Origin: Patescibacteria group bacterium
Lineage (GTDB): Bacteria > Patescibacteriota > Dojkabacteria > GCA-002793355
Direction of reading: 5' to 3'
Length of the DNA: 64,000 nucleotides
NCBI GenBank assembly: GCA_016860985.1
Contig: BOKM01000001.1
Span: 156,185-220,184, forward strand
The notes under the pieces are model-generated. The model had not been told where the DNA came from. It did not search any database and saw only the letters and a program-made list of their open reading frames with translations. Made by a program: the position numbers and the translations under genes. Shown one piece after another: positions 9,894-17,477 of this stretch; position 1 is the stretch's first letter, and each line of letters begins with the position of its first letter.

Positions 9894-10469
9894 CTAATCT
9901 GCAATGACCATTTCGTAATCGTTTCCTTTTTTGACTACTACAGCAATTTTGCCCGATTGCACATCTTTAAAGATAAAGAATTCTTTATCGAGAAGTTCCA
10001 TACGCTCAATTGCCTCAGTTACCGACATGGGCGCCATTTCGGTGATAACTTTTCTTCTGACATTTGGCGTATAACTTGCATACATTGCACTTGATTGTGG
10101 ATCTTCGTCAGTCTGCTTAAAATCTTCAACTACGGCTGTTTCTGGCCAAGACTCAGCTCCTTCCCATTTTCGAAAGTTCTCTTTGTAATGCACCATTTTA
10201 GAGTGAAGACTTGGTGTCATATCGTCTACCAACGAGTACACTTCAGCTCCTTCCTTTTTCATTCTTACAACAGCGCGAGGAAGCGTTAATAATAATCGAA
10301 CATAAAAATCTTTTTCAGAACCTTTGTGAAAAACTGTCTTACCTACTTCTACGTTTATCTGCGTAACTAGCTCAATATGTGGTAATTTAGAAAGCTTATC
10401 TTGGATATACTGTTGCATCGAATCTGTAACTTCAACTCCACGACCTGTGAACGTAATTGGTAAAGACAT
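9894..10469 (-). CDS. hpf: Ribosome hibernation promoting factor (long HPF)
   Basis: MSLPITFTGRGVEVTDSMQQYIQDKLSKL matches the HPF/RaiA N-terminus. 191 aa with a C-terminal dimerisation domain. Confidence 0.9.
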   Translation of the reverse strand: MSLPITFTGRGVEVTDSMQQYIQDKLSKLPHIELVTQINVEVGKTVFHKGSEKDFYVRLLLTLPRAVVRMKKEGAEVYSLVDDMTPSLHSKMVHYKENFRKWEGAESWPETAVVEDFKQTDEDPQSSAMYASYTPNVRRKVITEMAPMSVTEAIERMELLDKEFFIFKDVQSGKIAVVVKKGNDYEMVIAD

Positions 10470-10503
10470 AGAAATACAGTTAAATTATTCCTACCCCATT
10501 CTA

Positions 10504-11067
10504 CTATACTATATCCAAAAAAGGGAGCACATGTTGTTCTATCCCTCGCGAAACAGCCGAAATCAAGGTATCCATTTCGTTTTGCCTATAAGGGCGTAAC
10601 ACGTAATCAAGACCTGAAATTGGACTCCCTTTACGATTGTTAACACCTATTCTAAGCGAGTGTACGGCTTTTCCGACTGTAGAAATTACAGAAGCAATCC
10701 CATTGTGGGTTCTTGAATTCTTAATCGGAGAATACTTAAATCCACCGAGCTCAATGTCGAGCTCATCGTATATAATCATGACATCTTCTGCGTGCTTAAC
10801 ACCATATTTTTGCATGATTTGCTGTACTGCCCCACCACTCAAGTTCATAAAGGTTTGTGGCATAACTAATACAGCAATTCGACCAGTATTTGGTAAATAA
10901 ACTTCAGCAACCTTGCTGCGTTCTTTTTTTAATTCTGTCCAAGGATAAATCTGATAATCACGTTTTGCGAGATAGGATACTAATTGCTCTACAGCTATAA
11001 AACCAGCATTGTGTGGCGTATTGGTATATTCTTTTCCTGGATTACCGAGTCCTACGATTATCTTCAT
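10504..11067 (-). CDS. pth: Peptidyl-tRNA hydrolase
   Basis: MKIIVGLGNPGKEYTNTPHNAGF, the canonical Pth N-terminus with catalytic His. Confidence 0.9.
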   Translation of the reverse strand: MKIIVGLGNPGKEYTNTPHNAGFIAVEQLVSYLAKRDYQIYPWTELKKERSKVAEVYLPNTGRIAVLVMPQTFMNLSGGAVQQIMQKYGVKHAEDVMIIYDELDIELGGFKYSPIKNSRTHNGIASVISTVGKAVHSLRIGVNNRKGSPISGLDYVLRPYRQNEMDTLISAVSRGIEQHVLPFLDIV

Positions 11068-11500
11068 ATGCAGTAAGTATACGTTCTGTTATATCTTTTT
11101 GCCAACTAAACATTTGGTCAGAGTGATCATGCCCTGCAAGGTGCAAAATACCATGCACAATTATCTCAATCAGCTCGTTTTCAAATGGGTGCTTGAGCAT
11201 TTTTGCGTTCTTAGAAATATCGTCAGGACAAATATACAATTCTCCCATTACCCCGGCCTCATACAACTCGAAACTTAGTACATCGGTTGAGACATTCTTC
11301 TCTCTGTAGGAATTATTAAGAGTCCGCATCCGCTTATTGCCAATAATGTTAATCAAAACCAATTGGCCGGCTGCTTTATCCTTTACTTCTGTGGGGAAAC
11401 AATAGTTATCATTCAATAGATCAACACTCGACATAAACGAAAGAACATCAAGAACAGATTCCTTTTGCTGATTCGTCGTTATTGAATAGTCAATTTGCAT
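11042..11500 (-). CDS. ybeY: rRNA maturation endoribonuclease YbeY
   Basis: HGILHLAGHDH zinc-binding motif. Start set at the internal Met (MQIDYS) so the ORF does not overlap rpsU. Confidence 0.85.
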   Translation of the reverse strand: MQIDYSITTNQQKESVLDVLSFMSSVDLLNDNYCFPTEVKDKAAGQLVLINIIGNKRMRTLNNSYREKNVSTDVLSFELYEAGVMGELYICPDDISKNAKMLKHPFENELIEIIVHGILHLAGHDHSDQMFSWQKDITERILTAYEDNRRTR

Positions 11501-11507
11501 GAAGCAA

Positions 11508-11744
11508 TTAGAACATCTTCTTTTTGACGGATACTTGTGTTCGTGGCTTGCCCTTTGCTCGTCGTCGCTTTCTGCTTGCAGAACGTTCCAATTCATGGAT
11601 CTTTACTCTTTTTGCTTCAGATTTTGAAACGTGATAGCGCTTATCAAGAACATCGGATACAATCCCTTCTTTTATGACTTGTCTCTGAAATCTTCTCAGT
11701 ACAGAGTCAATTGCTTCGTTTTTATGTACTACAATAACTGCCAT
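11508..11744 (-). CDS. rpsU: 30S ribosomal protein S21
   Basis: MAVIVVHKNEAIDSVLRRFQRQVIKEGIV...RKRRRAKGK is S21-like. Start set at the internal Met of the longer track ORF. Confidence 0.85.
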   Translation of the reverse strand: MAVIVVHKNEAIDSVLRRFQRQVIKEGIVSDVLDKRYHVSKSEAKRVKIHELERSASRKRRRAKGKPRTQVSVKKKMF

Positions 11745-11761
11745 GGTCGAATTATACACAA

Positions 11762-13186
11762 TTAATATGCTTTTGCAAAGATGGTCGGAACGCCTTCTTC
11801 GCCTGTAATAAAATCTGGACCGCGTTGATCGATTGTTGCAAACGGAATACATCGCGGAGTGATTTTATATTTTTCCTGCAAGGCTTTTGCGCGGATCGTA
11901 TCATCTTTGAAGAATACTCTATACATCGCTTTTCCTGAGTCAATCGCCTTAACTAACTCATCTTCAGAAGCTACATCAACCGTATTTTCTTCAAGGAAAG
12001 CTTCGGCGCGAGCGAGTAACATTGCATGAAATTCATCTAGCAACGTTGAAACTGCCTTATGGAGAGTTGATTCAAGCAACAGTGTCCCTTTCTGCCCAAG
12101 CCGAGTTGTGTAGGAAACCTGTTTTGCCTCAGCCTCTCTCTTGCCAATCTCTAGTCGCATCGGTACGCCTTTAAGTTCCCACTGGTTGAACTTCCACCCC
12201 GGAGTCTCGTTCCCCCAATCAACTTTGAACCGAATACCAGTTTCTTTGAACATAATTTCAATATTGGACACAAACTTTGCAACGGTTTCTCTATCTTCTT
12301 CGGACTTAAAGATTGGAATAATGACAACTTGAATTGGTGCCATTTTAGGAGGAAGAATTAAGCCCTTTTCATCTCCGTGTGCGCCGAGCATACCTCCAAG
12401 TGCACGCGTACTGAAGCCCCAACTGGTTTGCCAAACGTGCTGTGTCGTATTATTTTCATCAAGGAAGGTAATATCGAACGCTTTAGCAAAATTCTGCCCA
12501 AGTAGATGTGACGTTGCAATTTGCAGTGCCTTCTTGTTCTTTACCAATGTCTCAATGGTAACAGTGAAATCTGCACCAGCGAATTTTTCTCCAGTGGTTT
12601 TATACCCTTTATAGCCTGGAACTGCCATATAATCTCGTAAAAAGGATTCGTATCGGTTAGCAGCCTGCATCACATCGTCGACCGCACCATCTCTGGTGGC
12701 GTATGCTGTATGCCCTTCTTGCCATAAGAACTCTGATGTTCGCATATACATGACTGTACGTTTTTCCCAACGAACGATATTGCACCATTGATTAATCTTT
12801 AGAGGCAAATCACGATATGAATGTATCCAGTTAGGAAAAGTCTTGTACATAATCGTTTCAGATGTCGGTCTAATTACAAGTGGTTCTTCAAGCTTTTCTC
12901 CACCTGCCTCAGTAATCATTGCGACTTCGGGGGCAAACCCTTCGACATGCTCTTTCTCTTTTGCAAGAAATGAGTATGGTATAAACATTGGAAAATACAC
13001 ATCTGAAACCCCATCATCTTCTATCATTCCGCCCAATCCTTTTTGTACCTGTTTCCATAGAGCAAAACCATACGGGCGATGAATCATTGTACCTTTTACT
13101 GGACCATAGTCTGCGAGTTCAGCCTTAATAGTGACATATTGATACCACTCCGCAAAATCTTCGTGTATATTTGGAATCTTTTCCAT
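11762..13186 (-). CDS. proS: Prolyl-tRNA synthetase, archaeal/eukaryotic-type (no INS editing domain)
   Basis: 474 aa class II aaRS. The N-terminus ...FAEWYQYVTIKAELADYGPVKGTMIHRPYGFALWKQVQ is typical of archaeal-type ProRS. Confidence 0.9.
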   Translation of the reverse strand: MEKIPNIHEDFAEWYQYVTIKAELADYGPVKGTMIHRPYGFALWKQVQKGLGGMIEDDGVSDVYFPMFIPYSFLAKEKEHVEGFAPEVAMITEAGGEKLEEPLVIRPTSETIMYKTFPNWIHSYRDLPLKINQWCNIVRWEKRTVMYMRTSEFLWQEGHTAYATRDGAVDDVMQAANRYESFLRDYMAVPGYKGYKTTGEKFAGADFTVTIETLVKNKKALQIATSHLLGQNFAKAFDITFLDENNTTQHVWQTSWGFSTRALGGMLGAHGDEKGLILPPKMAPIQVVIIPIFKSEEDRETVAKFVSNIEIMFKETGIRFKVDWGNETPGWKFNQWELKGVPMRLEIGKREAEAKQVSYTTRLGQKGTLLLESTLHKAVSTLLDEFHAMLLARAEAFLEENTVDVASEDELVKAIDSGKAMYRVFFKDDTIRAKALQEKYKITPRCIPFATIDQRGPDFITGEEGVPTIFAKAY

Positions 13187-13404
13187 AATTACTCTTCAAA
13201 AATTACCTAAAGAACACATTGTGCTCTAACAGTAAGGACGAGTAATCTCGTGGTACCACCCCACCTTCCCGAATAATCGGCTCATTTCAAGAGTGTGTCT
13301 GCTCTTACAGTTGAGTTAGCATAAAAGGTTTCTCAAACGCTCGTAGGCGGGTTCGCTTTCGCTACTATTCCTATTCGTTGCGTACGTTGATAATTATAAC
13401 ACTA
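13187..13404 (-). promoter_or_regulatory. candidate T-box leader (tRNA-Pro responsive) with extended -10 promoter upstream of proS
   Basis: Read on the minus strand: TGTTATAAT extended -10; GGGTGGTACCACG close to the T-box consensus GGGTGGTACCGCG; candidate specifier GAACCCG (CCC codon, matches the tRNA-Pro-GGG in this window); terminal hairpin AGAGCACA/TGTGTTCT followed by a U-run. Confidence 0.4.
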
Positions 13405-14538
13405 TCACCTGATAAAAAACATCCAAACGTCCTTCAGCATAATTACCACCCCCAACGAGAGGAGAAAGAATAAGCCAATTGCCGTTATTATGTTTACTAA
13501 CTTTTCATTTGGTTTACGGCCTTTTACCTTTTCGTACAGTACTAAGAAAATGTGCCAACCGTCTAACCCTGGGAACGGAAGCATGTTAAACAACGCAAGA
13601 CTCACTCCAATGAGTCCGGTCATATTTGCGAGATCTGCGAAAATTGTTTTTGAATTGTCGACTACGGTTCCAACTGCTGCAACAATAGCAACTGGCCCGG
13701 CAAAGGCATACCCCAAGGGTTCTAAATCACCAGTTTTAACTGAAAAACTAAACATTGCAGACAACATTTTGCCTGTTAGTAGTGTCATATTGGCAACATG
13801 AGTTACACCAGAGAACGATTTATGAAGTAGGCTTGTACTGTAATCTAGCTGCACTGGAGCGGAAACCATATTGATTCCTATCTTTTTATCGGTATTACGT
13901 ACAACTGTTACATCTATTAATGTACCGTCTCCTTGTGCGATTTTCAGAAGAACCGTATCAGAAACCGCGGTTGAAATCTCAGTAATAACATCTTGCGGCG
14001 TTACTGTTACTTTTTCGTTTACTGTAACAATCGAGAAGGGTGGAGCAATCCCAAGTTTACTCATGGGAGAATCTGCCAAGATTGCCGTAACATACGGATG
14101 TTCTGCTCCATATTTGGGGTCGTAGGTTCCACCAACCACACTCATTACTGCCCCAATAGGCTTAAAATCAATAGGGGTGGGAACTTTCCAGCCATAAAGC
14201 GGGAGTGCAATATAAAAAGCGGCAATAGCAAGCAGAATATTCATAAGAGAGCCAGCCACAAGAACTTGCAATTTGGCTTTCTTTGAAGCAGTTGCAAAGT
14301 TACCTGAGCCTTCTTCCGCTTCCATCTCACCTTTTAGCCCATTATATCCGCCAAGGGGGAAGGCCTTGAGTAGCCAGATTGTTCCTTTCCATTTCTTTTT
14401 GAATAAAGTTGGTCCAAAACCTACAGCAAACTCATGAACACCAATTCCATTCTTTTTAGCAAGCAGATAGTGACCAAGTTCGTGTGCAATAACCATAATG
14501 TTAAGCACAAAGAGGGCGAGCAGTATGTTGAGTATCAT
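13405..14538 (-). CDS. rseP: Site-2 protease RseP (M50 zinc metalloprotease, single PDZ)
   Basis: HELGHYLLAK (HExxH) in the first TM helix, a central PDZ-like region and a C-terminal LDG motif. Confidence 0.85.
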   Translation of the reverse strand: MILNILLALFVLNIMVIAHELGHYLLAKKNGIGVHEFAVGFGPTLFKKKWKGTIWLLKAFPLGGYNGLKGEMEAEEGSGNFATASKKAKLQVLVAGSLMNILLAIAAFYIALPLYGWKVPTPIDFKPIGAVMSVVGGTYDPKYGAEHPYVTAILADSPMSKLGIAPPFSIVTVNEKVTVTPQDVITEISTAVSDTVLLKIAQGDGTLIDVTVVRNTDKKIGINMVSAPVQLDYSTSLLHKSFSGVTHVANMTLLTGKMLSAMFSFSVKTGDLEPLGYAFAGPVAIVAAVGTVVDNSKTIFADLANMTGLIGVSLALFNMLPFPGLDGWHIFLVLYEKVKGRKPNEKLVNIITAIGLFFLLSLGVVIMLKDVWMFFIR

Positions 14539-14542
14539 AATA

Positions 14543-15106
14543 CTATTTTAGCAGTAATTCTTTCTTCTTTTCGTAAACTTCGTTAATCTGTTCCGTAAAC
14601 TTCTTTGTTGTTTCGTCTAAATCTTCTAAAGCCTTAAACATTGCATCTTCAGGGAGTTCACCATCCTTTTTCATTTCTTCGATTTTTGTTTTTGCAGTTT
14701 GTCGGATATCACGCAAGCCTTGTCTAAAGTTTTCAGAACGATCTTTGAGCATTTTTGTGTACTCTTCTTTCTTCTCTTGTGTTAACGGAGGGAAGTTTAG
14801 ATAAATAGCATCATCTTTGACTGTTGGAGTAACTTCGCCTTTTAGATCTGCCTGCAATGCATCGGCAACATTCTTCACATTTCCTTTATCCCACGGCGTG
14901 ATAACAGCTGTCGCAGCGCTTGGGGCACTAATCGTAGCTACTTGGTAGAGCGGCATTGTGGCACCATAAGCGGTTACCTGCACATTCTTCAAGGCATCTA
15001 CATTAACACTTCCTGCTCGCATCTTTTGAGCTTCTTCTTTGAATGCCTCTACGGCAAGCTGCATATCGGTATCTACATCAGACCAGATTTGGGCTAAATC
15101 TGCCAT
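14543..15106 (-). CDS. frr: Ribosome recycling factor
   Basis: 187 aa with full-length RRF-like sequence (..VNVDALKNVQVTAYGATMPL..). Confidence 0.9.
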   Translation of the reverse strand: MADLAQIWSDVDTDMQLAVEAFKEEAQKMRAGSVNVDALKNVQVTAYGATMPLYQVATISAPSAATAVITPWDKGNVKNVADALQADLKGEVTPTVKDDAIYLNFPPLTQEKKEEYTKMLKDRSENFRQGLRDIRQTAKTKIEEMKKDGELPEDAMFKALEDLDETTKKFTEQINEVYEKKKELLLK

Positions 15107-15678
15107 CTTTCGAAACGTGATATTTTAATGTTTTCTCCGAGTTTACCAGTAACCTCTTCAAGAAGGTCTCTGATTGTTTTGCTTTCGTCTTTAAAGTATG
15201 GTTGGTCAAGTAGCGTATTTTCTGCAAGGTACTTTTTTAATTTTCCTTCCATAATCTTTTCAATTGCTGCTTCTGGTTTACCTTCTGCAACTAATTCTGC
15301 CTTCCATTGTGACTTAAGTTCCTCAAGAGATTCAGCAGACATTGCTTCGGCAGAAACATATAGTGGGTTTGTTGCAACAACCTGCAATGCTATTTCGTGT
15401 GCAAATGATTTAAGCTCTTCGTTACGAGCAACGAAATCAGTTTCGCACAACACTTCGACCATCGAGGCAAGCGTTCCATTTCCGTGAACGTAGGCATGGA
15501 TAATTCCATTTTGTGTGACTCGTCCTTCGCGTTTTCCGGCTCGCTCTTTTATAAGCTCAATAATGTACTTTTTGGCCTCTTCGTAATTGTCTGGATATTT
15601 TTCGGCTGCTTCTTTACAAAGACCAAAACTTGCTTTTGTTTCTTGTCGTAATCGAACGAGAATTTGTGTGTTAGCCAT
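15094..15678 (-). CDS. tsf: Elongation factor Ts (short form)
   Basis: MANTQILVRLRQETKASFGLCKEA.. matches the EF-Ts N-terminal UBA-like domain. Sits between rpsB and frr. Confidence 0.9.
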   Translation of the reverse strand: MANTQILVRLRQETKASFGLCKEAAEKYPDNYEEAKKYIIELIKERAGKREGRVTQNGIIHAYVHGNGTLASMVEVLCETDFVARNEELKSFAHEIALQVVATNPLYVSAEAMSAESLEELKSQWKAELVAEGKPEAAIEKIMEGKLKKYLAENTLLDQPYFKDESKTIRDLLEEVTGKLGENIKISRFERWQI

Positions 15679-16720
15679 TCTTTTTCACAAGTGAAATTAT
15701 CTTCTCTGCTGTCTTTTCTCCAATTCCTTTGATACCTTTGAGCTCATCGAGTGTCTTTTCTTTCAATTGCTCAACAGATGTTAGACCTGCTTGTGTAAGC
15801 TTTTCTACGACTGTTTCTGGCAAGTTAAGCTCTGTAACTGATCTGAAAGAAGTTACACGTACGGTACGACCACTCTTTGATTCTTCTCTCGGAGTGACAA
15901 CTGCTGGTGCTGCTGCGCCAATTGGTGCCTCACTTGCTAGTTTAATTCGGTGCTCTTCTTCGACTGCTCTTTCAAGGTCAACCAAACGTCGAGCAAATTG
16001 CTCTCTCATTGTAACCAATCTCTTTGAGCTATATTTATTTAATACTTCGCTAAATACTCCAAACAAAAGGCGGATTGCTTTAATAGCATCATCGTTTGAT
16101 GGAACTGGGAAATCAATCAATCGTGGGTCGCAGTTGGAGTCAACGATACCAATTATTGGAACGTTTAATGCTCTTGCTTCTTTTACCGCAATTTTCTCGT
16201 ATTTCGTGTCAATAATAATCATGACTTGTGGGGGTCTATCCATAAACATCACACCACCAAATCGCTTTTTTAGCTTCTCGATTTCTCGCTGCATAGCAAG
16301 CAATTCAATTTTTGGAAGAACATATCGCTTTTTAACGTGAAGTTCTTGAAGTCTTTGTAGTTTTTGAATCGACTGAGATACGGTTCTAAAGTTTGTTAAA
16401 AGCCCTGATGGCCATTTGTCATTAATGTAGTAAACACCAAATTTCTCGCCCATCTCTTGAACGATTGAGGCAGCTTGTTTTTTAGTTCCTACAATAAGTA
16501 CACGTGCTTCGCGTTGCACTGCTTTAACCAAATAGTCTACTGCAGTTTCTAAAGCGGGAACTGTTTTGCGTACGTCGATGACGTGAATTCCTTTTGCTTC
16601 TTTGAAAATAAATGGGGCGAATGCAGGGTGCCATCTTTGAGCAGAATGCCCAAATTGTGCGCCAGCCTTCAACAACTCTTCGGTTGTTGGAAACGTAATT
16701 GAAACTTGTTCGTTGTTCAT
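15671..16720 (-). CDS. rpsB: 30S ribosomal protein S2 with C-terminal helix-hairpin-helix extension
   Basis: S2 core (..FGHSAQRWHPAFAPFIF..VIDVRKT..) plus a ~100-aa tail ending LDELKGIKGIGEKTAEKIISLV, an HhH motif. Confidence 0.9.
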   Translation of the reverse strand: MNNEQVSITFPTTEELLKAGAQFGHSAQRWHPAFAPFIFKEAKGIHVIDVRKTVPALETAVDYLVKAVQREARVLIVGTKKQAASIVQEMGEKFGVYYINDKWPSGLLTNFRTVSQSIQKLQRLQELHVKKRYVLPKIELLAMQREIEKLKKRFGGVMFMDRPPQVMIIIDTKYEKIAVKEARALNVPIIGIVDSNCDPRLIDFPVPSNDDAIKAIRLLFGVFSEVLNKYSSKRLVTMREQFARRLVDLERAVEEEHRIKLASEAPIGAAAPAVVTPREESKSGRTVRVTSFRSVTELNLPETVVEKLTQAGLTSVEQLKEKTLDELKGIKGIGEKTAEKIISLVKKNG

Positions 16721-16811
16721 AGTCTCTCCTTTTACCTAAGCCTTCGACCATTTGGCAGGAGTACGAAGGCCTGAATTATTTAATATAGTTTCCCTATTTC
16801 AGGGTGAGAGA

Positions 16812-17477
16812 TTATAGCATATTGCCTGATTCTTTAAAACTGTAATACCCTGCTCTTGCGATAATGATATGGTCAACAATTACAACCGAAAACATCTCAG
16901 CGGCGATTTTGAGTTTTTGCGTTAACGTAATGTCTTCTTTACTTGGGGAGCTGTCCCCAGATGGATGATTGTGAACAACAATCACAAATCGAGATTGGTA
17001 TTTAATGTTGTAGTACAGTAAGTCTCTTGCTTCGAAGGCAACGGAATCAACACTCCCTTTAAATAATAACTTTGTTGCTATAACTCCGTACCGCGAACTA
17101 AGGTACACACCGTACACATGTTCCTGTTTCTTTTTGACCAAGAATTGAAAGAGCAGTTCAATAGAGTGTGGACCATTAACAATTGAATGCTTGGATACAA
17201 GTACTTGCTGCCTTTTGCATAACTCAAACGCTGCGACTAATACATGGATATGCTGCGTCGTTATACTACTACAACGACGCAACGCATCTTTGAACTGACT
17301 TGAGGTGTATGTGGTAGCGAGGTGTGCCTGCCATATTGGAAGTACGTCTCTTGCCACTCGGAAAACAGATGCCTTTTTTGATCCAAATCTCAAAAGTAAC
17401 GCAATTAGCTGTTCTTCGGTTAATGAACTATATCCAAATTGCTCACTTTGTCTTCTTAGATCGACTTGTACGTGCAT
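16812..17477 (-). CDS. radC: RadC-like JAB/MPN domain protein
   Basis: JAMM motif HNHPSGDSSPSKEDITLT. Confidence 0.85.
   Translation of the reverse strand: MHVQVDLRRQSEQFGYSSLTEEQLIALLLRFGSKKASVFRVARDVLPIWQAHLATTYTSSQFKDALRRCSSITTQHIHVLVAAFELCKRQQVLVSKHSIVNGPHSIELLFQFLVKKKQEHVYGVYLSSRYGVIATKLLFKGSVDSVAFEARDLLYYNIKYQSRFVIVVHNHPSGDSSPSKEDITLTQKLKIAAEMFSVVIVDHIIIARAGYYSFKESGNML

Noticed and set aside
15729-16340. 203-aa + strand ORF
   Set aside because: It is antisense to rpsB. Its Ser/Thr-rich low-complexity translation is typical of a shadow ORF.
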